Assembly (NCBI RefSeq): GCF_000430745.1 | Contig: NZ_AUMP01000047.1 | Location: 1-18,529 of the forward strand | Direction of reading: 5' to 3' | Length of the DNA: 18,529 bases | Source: Fictibacillus gelatini DSM 15865 | GTDB lineage: Bacteria; Bacillota; Bacilli; Bacillales; Fictibacillaceae | In this document: in pieces, positions 6,625 to 14,604 of the stretch | Position numbering within the stretch: position 1 is the first letter of the stretch | Layout: the number at the start of each line of letters is the position of its first letter | Notes under the pieces: generated by a model | Told to the model about the DNA's origin: nothing | Seen by the model: only the letters and a program-made list of their open reading frames with translations | Databases searched by the model: none | Position numbers and translations under genes: made by a program

Positions 6625-8463
6625 ATGAAAAGGAAACCAATAATTCTCGCATTGTCCGTGGCATTATTGATGACCCTATTTCTAGATTATGTGTTTGCAT
6701 TATTAGTTACTGGGGTTCCGTTGTCGCTTAAGGTTCTAAACAATCCGGCTGCAGCCAGTCGAATCAGTTTTCTTCACGATTATCTTTTAAACCCTATACG
6801 CCTCATAAGGGAAAGTTTTCAAACTCCGATCTTTGTAAAAGCACAGTTAGTGTTTTTAGCTTTATTCCTATTTTTATTTGGTAAAAAATTATGGCAAGGC
6901 CGGAAACACAAAGCCGAAGACGCTTCCGACTATGCGGCTTACGGATCGGCACGCTACGCAACAGATGAAGAAATCGAAAATCATATGGATTTCTCTATCG
7001 GATTTGAAAATGAAGGAACGATTGTCGGTTTGCATAAAGGAAAACCTGTCGTCCATCATATGAAAAGCTTTAAAAACCGAAACGTGGCTCTATTTGGGAA
7101 ATCAGGGAGCCAAAAAACGAAGTCTTATATTATCCCGAACATTTTAAACACGACCAGAGATTCACTTGTCGTGACTGACCCTAAAGGGGAGTTATACCGC
7201 GATACGGCCGATATTAAACGAAAGCAAGGATATAGGGTTCTTGTATTAAATTTTAAAAATCCATATCAAGGCATGCGGATTAATCCATTAGACTATGTGA
7301 ATCATGATACAGATGCTTTAAGAATCGGGCAGGCGTTATTAAATAACTCTACAGCGACGGGGGGAGAAAATAAGTTTTGGGAAATGAATGAAGCCATTTT
7401 GATCGCCTCCGTTATTCTTTATGTGAAATATTTTCTACCACCAGAACAACAAAATTTAACGAGTGTATTCAACATTTTAAATTGCACGATTGAAGAAATA
7501 GGGAAACTCTTTGAGCCGATTGACGAACGGCATATTGTCAAAAAGAAGTTCCGTCAGTTTATGAGTTTTGATGAAAAAACACGCTCTATTTTGTGGGGTT
7601 CAAGTAAATCGGCCATTGACCTATGGTCATATGAAGAAATTAGCAAACTCACTTGTACCAGTGATTTCCGCATTGAAGATATTGGAAAAGAAAAAACCAT
7701 TTTATATATTTTGGTACCTTCGGCTGACCGAACTAAACGACCGTTATCTTCCACGCTCTTTTACTTGTTATTCGCGCAATTGAAGGCGGAAGCTGAAAAA
7801 TTCGAAAGCATTCGTTTACCTGTTTCCGTCCGTTTTCTTATCGATGAATTTGCGAATATCGGTAGAATTTCTTCATTTGATGAAGAGCTTTCAGTTTGCC
7901 GAAGCTACGGAATATTTGTAACGATCGCGATTCAATCCTTAAGTCAATTGGAAAAAGACTGGGGTGCGAATGGCCGAAAAGAAATCATTGATAACTGCGA
8001 TATTCGCCTTTTCCTTGGGTCTAACGATTACGACAGTACTAAATATTTCTCCGATCTTCTGGGAACCACAACCATGCGAATTAAAAATGAATCGGAAACG
8101 GAATCGGGTAATGGAACATCAATGGGTGAGTCGTATTCGTATATTCAGCGGAACCTAGAAACGCCGGATGAATTAAACCGAAAAGCCGATGATACACTCA
8201 TTGTCTTTGTTCCTGGCTCCCATCCATTAAAACTTAAAAAGGCGTACTATACCCATATCCCTGAAATTAAAGCCTTAATGGAAAGCGCGTCATTGTCTAA
8301 TATTTTTGAGTTTCAACGAGAAGATGATGACTACAGCGAGTTTATCCCACAAGAGGCTTTAGCCCTTCTTGAAAAAGAGGAATCACAGCAACAGGAAGAG
8401 CCACAAGAAGAGAATAAGGAGAAAAGACAAGAAAACGAAGAAGCGCTGCCGTACTGGGATTAA
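6625..8463 (+). CDS. Type IV secretion coupling protein, VirD4/TraG family
   Basis: RBS AGGAGGATAAC; N-terminal TM segments; P-loop region ALFGKSGSQKTKSYIIPNIL; SLVVTDPKGELYRDTADIKRKQGY; Walker B PVSVRFLIDEFANIG; TIAIQSLSQLEKDWG; all TraG/VirD4 hallmarks. Confidence 0.95.
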   Translation: MKRKPIILALSVALLMTLFLDYVFALLVTGVPLSLKVLNNPAAASRISFLHDYLLNPIRLIRESFQTPIFVKAQLVFLALFLFLFGKKLWQGRKHKAEDASDYAAYGSARYATDEEIENHMDFSIGFENEGTIVGLHKGKPVVHHMKSFKNRNVALFGKSGSQKTKSYIIPNILNTTRDSLVVTDPKGELYRDTADIKRKQGYRVLVLNFKNPYQGMRINPLDYVNHDTDALRIGQALLNNSTATGGENKFWEMNEAILIASVILYVKYFLPPEQQNLTSVFNILNCTIEEIGKLFEPIDERHIVKKKFRQFMSFDEKTRSILWGSSKSAIDLWSYEEISKLTCTSDFRIEDIGKEKTILYILVPSADRTKRPLSSTLFYLLFAQLKAEAEKFESIRLPVSVRFLIDEFANIGRISSFDEELSVCRSYGIFVTIAIQSLSQLEKDWGANGRKEIIDNCDIRLFLGSNDYDSTKYFSDLLGTTTMRIKNESETESGNGTSMGESYSYIQRNLETPDELNRKADDTLIVFVPGSHPLKLKKAYYTHIPEIKALMESASLSNIFEFQREDDDYSEFIPQEALALLEKEESQQQEEPQEENKEKRQENEEALPYWD

Positions 8464-8497
8464 TTTATATAAAAAAATTCTATATAAAGGAGTGTTT

Positions 8498-9787
8498 ATG
8501 ATGAAACCTCAAATGTTCGGTGATGGCACGCTAACAGTTAACGGAAACCAAGTGATCTATGATATTCCAAGGCAAAAAGTACGGATAGAAAGCCTTGACG
8601 AATTACGGGTTTTAAGGCAGGAACATTCCATGTTTCTGCCTGTCACCGATCTCCGGCAGGACGACCATTATTTAAAGATTGTTTATGAGGTGCCGGAAGG
8701 CTACCACCCTTTTAATCTCTTAAAGAGAAAAGGGGATTTCCTGTTAAAATTAATGATTTCGGAGGATATCCTCGAAATCCGCCATTTAGAGGATGAATTG
8801 ACGACCATTATTCATCCGAATAATATTTTTTATTCAGGTGTCGGTAAGGTTAAATTCATGTATAAAGCAATTAAAGACGTTATGCCGGCCAACGGCTTTA
8901 AAGCTATCCCTTTAATGTTCCAGTTGCAAGCTCTCATCCTTTCCCTCTTTACCAAAAAAGACTATAACGAAATTAAAAATCAAGGCTTTGAGCCGTTTGC
9001 ATCCGTAAAAGATGAAATCGTGCAATCGATCATTAAGGCTCAATCGATAGAGGGGCTTCAGCAGGCCATCGCCCATTTTCGCGAACAGGAGCAACAACGG
9101 GTTTTAGCGAAACAAGAAAAGAAAGGGAAAGGCATTAAAATGCCGGGTGCTGCTGCTCTTTTCGCTATCATGATCGGCGCAGCTACCGGAGGAATTGGAA
9201 CTCACCTTGTCGAGGTGCAGCCTATAAAGTCAGGGCTCCAAGCCGATCTAAAAGAAAGTAAAAAGAAACAGCAGCAGCAAGAAATGTTACTCGAGGGTTA
9301 TCGGTTGGCCGCTGCTCATAAGCCGCAAGAGGCCATTAAAAAATTCGAATCCGTTCATGGTTTAACTAAGGATGATAAGGAAATCCTTTCCCATCAGTAT
9401 TTTTTGTTAGACAATCCGGAGGCCTGGGAGACGGCCGCTAAACTCAATCCGGCATTAAAAGATGATGTCGCTAAAAAACAGCTTGAAAAGAAAATCTCCG
9501 ATATCGAGCAAGCCTTTAAGCAAAAGGATTATAATAAGGCTATAGATTTGGCCAAAGGAGTAAACGATCAAAGAGCGAAAAAATTAGTAGGGGAAAGCTA
9601 CTTAGAAAAAGGAGACATCGAAACTGCATGGAAAGTCGCTACGGATATTAAAGATGTTCCTCTCCAAATTAAAGTTCAGGAAGCCTATTTGAAAAAAGTG
9701 GATTCAGACAAGAAATTATCTAAGGATAAGAAGAAAAAGAAAATGGATGCTATCAAGAAACGAATAAAGAATTTGAAAAAGAGGTGA
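8498..9787 (+). CDS. essB: EssB/YukC-like protein (type VII secretion pseudokinase-like component homologue)
   Basis: ATG 8498 with AAAGGAG RBS. N-terminal domain with FQLQALILSLFTKKDYNEIKNQGFEPF...IIKAQSIEGLQQAIAHFREQE, a single TM (ALFAIMIGAATGGIGTHL) and C-terminal helical repeats (LLEGYRLAAAHKPQEAIKKFESVHGL) matching EssB/YukC domain order. Homologue call only; symbol is by family. Confidence 0.72.
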   Translation: MMKPQMFGDGTLTVNGNQVIYDIPRQKVRIESLDELRVLRQEHSMFLPVTDLRQDDHYLKIVYEVPEGYHPFNLLKRKGDFLLKLMISEDILEIRHLEDELTTIIHPNNIFYSGVGKVKFMYKAIKDVMPANGFKAIPLMFQLQALILSLFTKKDYNEIKNQGFEPFASVKDEIVQSIIKAQSIEGLQQAIAHFREQEQQRVLAKQEKKGKGIKMPGAAALFAIMIGAATGGIGTHLVEVQPIKSGLQADLKESKKKQQQQEMLLEGYRLAAAHKPQEAIKKFESVHGLTKDDKEILSHQYFLLDNPEAWETAAKLNPALKDDVAKKQLEKKISDIEQAFKQKDYNKAIDLAKGVNDQRAKKLVGESYLEKGDIETAWKVATDIKDVPLQIKVQEAYLKKVDSDKKLSKDKKKKKMDAIKKRIKNLKKR

Positions 9788-9795
9788 GAGGACAT

Positions 9796-10068
9796 ATGAA
9801 AGTTTCTTTTAAAGATAATGTCCAACGTGATTTTCCATATAAAAAAGGTGATTATGTTACGGTTGTTGTCCGATGGTTATATGAAAATGAAAAAGGGGCA
9901 GACCTTTATTATCATGGTACAATAACTGATATTGATAATAATGGATTTTGGTGCGTGCTTGACGATAACAAAACGCAAGAAGAGTATTTTAGCTTTAGTG
10001 AGATTGAAAACGTGATTGACGGTGATCGTATTCCTGGTTCAAGTAAAAGGCGAGATATTGACAATTAA
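9796..10068 (+). CDS. Small hypothetical protein (MKVSFKDNVQRDFPYKKGDYVTVVVRWLYENEKGADLYYHGTITDID...)
   Basis: ORF immediately downstream, AGGTGAGAGG RBS-like sequence. Confidence 0.7.
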   Translation: MKVSFKDNVQRDFPYKKGDYVTVVVRWLYENEKGADLYYHGTITDIDNNGFWCVLDDNKTQEEYFSFSEIENVIDGDRIPGSSKRRDIDN

Positions 10069-10128
10069 TTCGAAATCAAATACCATAAAAGGGAACACTT
10101 GTTCTAGAAATTGATCCCCTTTTTGTAT

Positions 10129-10160
10129 GCCACCTTTCCCCTTTTAGGTGGCTCTTTTTT
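10129..10160 (+). terminator. Rho-independent terminator
   Basis: GCCACCT ... AGGTGGC stem followed by CTTTTTT. Confidence 0.8.
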
Positions 10161-10176
10161 AATGGAGGTGATGACC

Positions 10177-10401
10177 ATGATTTTTGAAAGCGATCCACTT
10201 CCCGATATTGAACGCAAAATTCAGCGAATCCTAGTCAATTGTTCCTTTTATCAAAAAACCCCTTCTATTGCGGAGCTATGCCTATGGACTGGCCGTGAAC
10301 CTGGGGGGATTTTTGAAGTTCTTAAATCATTGGCTAACAAAGAATACATCAAATGGTCACCCGAAAAGCCGGAGGAAATCACCCTTATTGTTCAGTTTTA
10401 A
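10177..10401 (+). CDS. Small winged-helix-like DNA-binding protein
   Basis: ATG 10177 with GGAGGTG 8 nt upstream; IERKIQRILVNCSFYQKTPSIAELCLWTGREPGGIFEVLKSLANKEYIKW wHTH pattern. Confidence 0.65.
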   Translation: MIFESDPLPDIERKIQRILVNCSFYQKTPSIAELCLWTGREPGGIFEVLKSLANKEYIKWSPEKPEEITLIVQF

Positions 10402-10502
10402 GTCTTAATCCACTAATAAAGGTATTTAATTCTTTTTGGAGAAATATAAATAAACTTCTAGTTCTTGGGGCTTTCAAAACTGAAATACGGGGGAAAAAAA
10501 TT

Positions 10503-10637
10503 ATGAAAAATGACAAACATGACAATCAAGATCAACAGGATACTTTTGATCGAGCATTTTTAGGGAAACCAGGATTTATGTTATTAATATTAGTTCTTAT
10601 CGTAGTCGGTTCTCTATTATACAATTATTTCAAATAG
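10503..10637 (+). CDS. 44-aa single-TM membrane protein (MKNDKHDNQDQQDTFDRAFLGKPGFMLLILVLIVVGSLLYNYFK)
   Basis: GGGGG upstream; hydrophilic N-terminus plus one TM; terminator directly downstream. Confidence 0.65.
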   Translation: MKNDKHDNQDQQDTFDRAFLGKPGFMLLILVLIVVGSLLYNYFK

Positions 10638-10654
10638 TATCAGAAAGCAAAGAA

Positions 10655-10681
10655 GAGGCCTTTTTTGGCCTCCTTTTTTTT
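10655..10681 (+). terminator. Rho-independent terminator
   Basis: GAGGCC-TTTTTT-GGCCTC followed by CTTTTTTTT. Confidence 0.92.
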
Positions 10682-10806
10682 GATAGATTAGTTCCATTAT
10701 AATTTCCATGTCGAAAAGTTTTGGAAAAATATTGTTGAAATTTCAAAAAATTTGTTCTAATCTTAAGTTGTAACAAAAATCCAAATGAAGGAAAAGAGGG
10801 GTTTTT

Positions 10807-11556
10807 ATGAAAAAAGCATTGACATCTTTGACTTCACTTTCATTATTTTGTTTATTGGCCGCTGCTCCCGCGAATGCAGCCTCGAATGACCATGAAATTA
10901 AAAGTAACAAAGAAACTCCAAGAGTAATTTATCAGGCAAAAGAGGAAAAGGACATAAACAAGCTATACAAAAAAGCAGTTAATGGTGTTTCCGATATTTC
11001 CGTTTTAGATCCGTTACATAATAGGGCTAAATGGAAACTTACTCCTGAGAATAAATCTGCAAAAGCAAAAAATACTGATATAGATCAATACGAAACGGCT
11101 CAAATTTTAAAAGTAGAAAAGGTAGGAGACACAGAAGTCCGAAATATTGCAGTTACAAGCTTTGCTGATGTTGGAATAGAATCTATTTCTGGTAGCCAAA
11201 ATGGATCAAAATGGGATCCATCTTATAGTGTTAAAGCTTATAGTACGATGTATTATACGCAAACGGTAAAGAGTGATGGGCTTACTTACGCTAAAGTAAC
11301 TAGAGGAAAAGGTGGATGGACGAATTCCGATCCCCAAGTTTATATTTCCAGCAAAAAGGTTATTTTAGGAACCACTGGCTGGCCAGCAGGAACCCAAACG
11401 TCAACACACTATCCTAGTGGCTCAACCTTTGATTATTCAGTATCTTTTGATTATGTAGCTTTATCTGCTGGACATGCTATTGGTGTAACCTCAAGCTGTA
11501 CTTTAAAGGATACAAGTGATACTTGGTCTTTGAAACTCAACAATAATTTACCTTAA
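10807..11556 (+). CDS. Secreted protein of unknown function (signal peptide MKKALTSLTSLSLFCLLAAAPANAA)
   Basis: ORF with GAGGGG RBS-like sequence; Sec signal peptide with AxA cleavage motif; flanked by terminators. Confidence 0.85.
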   Translation: MKKALTSLTSLSLFCLLAAAPANAASNDHEIKSNKETPRVIYQAKEEKDINKLYKKAVNGVSDISVLDPLHNRAKWKLTPENKSAKAKNTDIDQYETAQILKVEKVGDTEVRNIAVTSFADVGIESISGSQNGSKWDPSYSVKAYSTMYYTQTVKSDGLTYAKVTRGKGGWTNSDPQVYISSKKVILGTTGWPAGTQTSTHYPSGSTFDYSVSFDYVALSAGHAIGVTSSCTLKDTSDTWSLKLNNNLP

Positions 11557-11606
11557 AATCTAGTATTTCTTCAAACACGTTTTATGCATTTTTTTATACA
11601 AAACTA

Positions 11607-11643
11607 AAGGGTTTGGCCATTTTTTAAAAACGGCCAAACCCTT
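11607..11643. terminator. Strong hairpin AAGGGTTTGGCC...GGCCAAACCCTT, probable terminator of the secreted protein gene
   Basis: 12-bp perfect stem; limited T tract. Confidence 0.6.
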
Positions 11644-11845
11644 GATTTATCAATGATGTATAGAATCTTGCATAAACGGGTAAAACAATCAATTGTTAAA
11701 ACCCTTGATAGAGCTGGATTTTTAAAATTTCATTACTTCCCAAAATTAGCATTATGTCAACTGAGAATGTATATCATATACACTTTTTAGGTTTGTTACG
11801 ATTCACTTTCGTTGGTGTTATTGAATATCAATTAATTCTAAATGA

Positions 11846-12436
11846 TCAAGTGGTAGAACCAACTTGAGAAGGTGTTTTCGTTTTCTTTGATATATATTCA
11901 CCACGCCAGATTTCTTCGAATGCTTTTTCATCTAACTCGAAATATTCATCAGCAACTTTTTTTAAATCTGTACTCTGACCTTTTGTTATGACTACCTCTA
12001 CTATCTTGCCTATTTTTTTCACTTCTTCAATAGGAGTCATATAGTCTGTGTCTCCGCTAATAATTATGGCTGTATCGTAGCTATTCATGTAAGCGCCAAT
12101 TAATAAATCTGTTGTTAAATTAACATCGGTTCCTTTTTCCGTTGCTACGTATGTTTTTGGATTGCTAGGGTCAAACACCACCTGAGGAATTTTATTTTTT
12201 AAAAGGGTTCCCATTTTTACTGTTGTCCGTGGTACAGTTTTTAGATATCCTATAATCCCATTTTGTACCGGTTCGTTTACTGTATAAAAGTATGTACGCA
12301 ATAAATGGCGATTAGGACGTTTATTAACAATAAAGTTACACAACTTTTCAAAGTCATATTTTGGTGGCTGATTTAAGTAATGCTTGCAAGCGTGATAAAA
12401 ATTATTAGCATCAATAAAAATCATTACTCTTTCCAT
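11846..12436 (-). CDS. NYN (PIN-like) domain ribonuclease, LabA/DUF88 type
   Basis: MIFIDANNFYHAC; KGTDVNLTTDLLIGAYMNSYDTAIIISGDTDYMTPIEEVKKIGKIVEVV, the conserved acidic residues of NYN domains; GGAGG RBS. Confidence 0.9.
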   Translation of the reverse strand: MERVMIFIDANNFYHACKHYLNQPPKYDFEKLCNFIVNKRPNRHLLRTYFYTVNEPVQNGIIGYLKTVPRTTVKMGTLLKNKIPQVVFDPSNPKTYVATEKGTDVNLTTDLLIGAYMNSYDTAIIISGDTDYMTPIEEVKKIGKIVEVVITKGQSTDLKKVADEYFELDEKAFEEIWRGEYISKKTKTPSQVGSTT

Positions 12437-12461
12437 ATTTTTCCTCCGGTGAATATAATAA

Positions 12462-12489
12462 AAGGAGGTCAGGCGTACCTAACCTCCTT
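12462..12489 (-). promoter_or_regulatory. Leader hairpin upstream of the NYN gene (AAGGAGGT...ACCTCCTT)
   Basis: 8-bp perfect stem with 12-nt loop; the 3' arm on the minus strand is anti-Shine-Dalgarno-like and lies 18 nt from the real RBS (CCGGAGGAAAAAT). Confidence 0.5.
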
Positions 12490-12727
12490 GGTTCACTATT
12501 GATTGGTTACAAAGCCTTAGCTAATAATAACCCTTAAATTATACTCGCAAACCCGTAGGTTATTAAGCAAAATCAGTATTGTTGTATTTATTATAAACAT
12601 ATTTTGTAATAGAATGCAACCTTTTCTTAAATTTTCGGAATTTTTCACCTGTATCAGAAATGGTACAAGATTTTTTGAATTTATTGTATAATGGACATAA
12701 GAATTCGGCAAAATGAATAACATGAAA

Positions 12728-12758
12728 ATGACCGCAGGGGGGACAACCCTACGGTCAT
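12728..12758 (-). terminator. Candidate terminator of the toxin mRNA
   Basis: ATGACCG...CGGTCAT with inner AGGG/CCCT; minus-strand tail ATTTTC is weak. Confidence 0.4.
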
Positions 12759-12798
12759 GCAATAGACGGTTTCCCTCGGTGGGAATCGGCTTGTGCTG

Positions 12799-12843
12799 AT
12801 AGACTGCCTTAAAGAGTTTTCGTAGGTCTCAAGGGCAGTCTAT
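12799..12843 (+). terminator. Hairpin/terminator ATAGACTGCC ... GGCAGTCTAT
   Basis: 10-bp perfect stem; T-rich tail on the + strand. Confidence 0.65.
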
Positions 12844-12923
12844 TTCTTTTGGTGAAACGACAGTATAGCGACAACTAAAGTGGCAAAACTAATCATGATG
12901 GAAATTGCCTCTGCTACCGTCAT
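12840..12923 (-). CDS. 27-aa Hol_Tox-like type I toxin peptide (MTVAEAISIMISFATLVVAILSFHQKK)
   Basis: Read directly: ATG 12923, stop TAG 12840-12842, RBS GAAAGGAGGTGAAGCCT; hydrophobic single-TM peptide with MTVxEAxxxMIxFATLVVxILSF...KK typical of 'putative holin-like toxin'. Too short for the ORF track. Confidence 0.9.
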   Translation of the reverse strand: MTVAEAISIMISFATLVVAILSFHQKK

Positions 12924-13003
12924 AGGCTTCACCTCCTTTCGGATCAAAAAGGAGAGTGGAGCCGACCCCTGCCCTTGAGAAAAGCCGAATCTATTGCTTT
13001 TTT

Positions 13004-13012
13004 ATTTTATCA
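13004..13012 (-). promoter_or_regulatory. Extended -10 of the toxin promoter (TGATAAAAT)
   Basis: TGnTAAAAT on the minus strand, about 12-15 nt upstream of GCAATAGATTCGGC, the 5' pairing element; -35 weak. Confidence 0.5.
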
Positions 13013-13241
13013 TTTTTAATGGAAAATTTATGTTGAAATTCCGCGATTCTATTAAATTTAACGTGCAGAGAAACGCTCTATTTTAAGATGAAACTCGATT
13101 GAATGGACAACCCATCATGTCATCTTAAAATACGGACGTTTAATTTTGGCCAATCTTCGGGAATAAATGAAAAAACGAATGATTATGCCAGGGAGAAATC
13201 AGTTTGTATTCTTTTTCCTAACTAAGATGCGTGCAAAAGAA

Positions 13242-13266
13242 AAAAGTTGCCGTGACGGCAACTTTT
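13242..13266 (-). terminator. Rho-independent terminator of the 13283-13951 gene
   Basis: AAAAGTTGCCG-TCA-CGGCAACTTTT (minus) followed by TTCTTTT. Confidence 0.9.
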
Positions 13267-13282
13267 CTCTATCCCATAAAAG

Positions 13283-13951
13283 TTAACTAGTGAGACTTAA
13301 TTTTGTGATTCGATAATCTTTACTACCCAAAAGTTTAACAATAATATGAGTCTTCCATTCTTTGAAATACTTTAATGCTGAAAAAGTTCCAACACTATCA
13401 ACTTCCCAAACACTTGGATCCAATTGATCTATAGTTGTGATATGAGACTTATCATACATCCATCCTGTTAAATCTACATGTTTAGTGGCACCTTTTATTT
13501 TTCCACTACTTACAGTGAATGTGCCATAAAGTTTATGGGAAAAGTTAAAGCCCTTTGTATTATTAATTTCAGCTTTATATTTTATTCCGGTAGCAGCTTT
13601 AGCTTGTGATACCATTGATTTATTTTTTGACATTAATACAGGAGATTGCCCGGAGTAGCTTGAATCATTTGCATCAAAAGAAAAAGTAATAGGCTTGTCT
13701 GAAAAACTAACATCCTCGGACACTGTGAATTTTTCTTCATGATTAGCTAATTTTTCATTTGCTTCCTGTCTCAATTTTTCAAGTGCAATATTTAATTCTA
13801 AAACTTCTCCGTCAGTTAAATAATTTGTTTCTTCTGGTTGAGCAGGAGTTTCTTCAGCGAACGCTTTACTATTTCCGTTAAAAGTAAAGATGGAGACGAA
13901 CGCAACCAGAGCCATACAGACTTGTGGAATATGTTTCAAAAATTTCCTCAT
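13283..13951 (-). CDS. Secreted protein of unknown function (signal peptide MRKFLKHIPQVCMALVAFVSIFTFNGNSKAFA)
   Basis: ORF; GGAAGGAG RBS; Sec signal peptide with AxA-type site. Confidence 0.85.
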   Translation of the reverse strand: MRKFLKHIPQVCMALVAFVSIFTFNGNSKAFAEETPAQPEETNYLTDGEVLELNIALEKLRQEANEKLANHEEKFTVSEDVSFSDKPITFSFDANDSSYSGQSPVLMSKNKSMVSQAKAATGIKYKAEINNTKGFNFSHKLYGTFTVSSGKIKGATKHVDLTGWMYDKSHITTIDQLDPSVWEVDSVGTFSALKYFKEWKTHIIVKLLGSKDYRITKLSLTS

Positions 13952-14089
13952 ATTAATAGACTCCTTCCTAAATATGTATTTTACACTTCATGAATATAAC
14001 ATATTACCAAAATCATTCCAATAGGTTTTGTGATAAAATTTAGTAAATGAGTATCATAATAGAATTTTTTTAAAAGGAGAAGGGATAAT

Positions 14090-14263
14090 TTGAAAAGCGA
14101 CTTTATCTTATCATTTGTTTTTACTCTCGTAATATTGTTCTTATTTAATTACATAGGACAAAAATTAATTTTAAAGCAAGAAAACATCAACAAGGGAAAA
14201 ATGGTTATTATATTAATCATTGAAGCCTTGGTAATTTCAATATTACTAACGTGGGTTATTTAG
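14090..14263 (+). CDS. 57-aa two-TM membrane protein, TTG start (MKSDFILSFVFTLVILFLFNYIGQKLILKQENINKGKMVIILIIEALVISILLTWVI)
   Basis: Read directly; AAAGGAGAAGGGATAATTTG; two hydrophobic helices; followed by a strong terminator. Below the ORF track cutoff. Confidence 0.75.
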   Translation: MKSDFILSFVFTLVILFLFNYIGQKLILKQENINKGKMVIILIIEALVISILLTWVI

Positions 14264-14274
14264 AGTACCTCCCT

Positions 14275-14305
14275 GGAAAACCGCCTGTCAAAGGGCGGTT
14301 TTTCC
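14275..14305 (+). terminator. Rho-independent terminator
   Basis: GGAAAACCGCC...GGCGGTTTTTCC. Confidence 0.88.
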
Positions 14306-14365
14306 ATTACAACCTTAAAAATTTCACGTACTAATATTTTAAAAAGGATATTTTAATGCTTCATA

Positions 14366-14403
14366 GGGGTAGCGTCAGGGAAATGCGGATTTACAACGGT
14401 AAG
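14366..14403 (+). repeat. Left terminal inverted repeat (38 bp), Tn3 family
   Basis: GGGG outer end; 22-bp run ATGCGGATTTACAACGGTAA core shared with the right end. Confidence 0.95.
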
Positions 14404-14564
14404 CATTTGATACAAGTCTTATGAGACAGTCAGAAGTCATTTAAAACGCTAATTTCATTATGTCTCAATAAACTCTACTCTATTGGAATTGTGAAGTGAT
14501 ACACTTAAACTAACGTACGCAGGTTTGTTGAATAAGGACTTCAAAAAATACCCTTAATTAAGCT

Positions 14565-14598
14565 AAAAAGTCCTTCTCTTTATTAAGAAGGACTTTTT
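14565..14598. terminator. Bidirectional rho-independent terminator
   Basis: AAAAAGTCCTTCT-N8-AGAAGGACTTTTTT. Confidence 0.92.
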
Positions 14599-14604
14599 TA
14601 TGTG

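Larger units (their letters stand above)
12699..12852 (+). ncRNA. Candidate antisense antitoxin RNA converging on the toxin mRNA 3' end
   Basis: TATAAT at 12687-12692; terminator stem ATAGACTGCC/GGCAGTCTAT (12799-12808/12834-12843) followed by TTCTTTT on the + strand; overlaps the 3' part of the minus-strand toxin transcript. Start and end are inferred. Confidence 0.55.

Noticed and set aside
6257-8158. Antisense ORFs within the relaxase and T4CP genes (6257-6439, 6377-6700, 6878-7063, 7554-7754, 7568-7783, 7964-8158)
   Set aside because: Shadow ORFs of strongly supported genes; no RBS or domain pattern.
8498-9787. A complete type VII secretion system
   Set aside because: Only an EssB/YukC-like gene is seen; no WXG100, FtsK/SpoIIIE-type EssC, YukD or EsaA genes in the window.
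12517-12762. 81-aa minus-strand ORF next to the toxin
   Set aside because: No convincing RBS or domain; overlaps the inferred antisense promoter and terminator of the type I TA.
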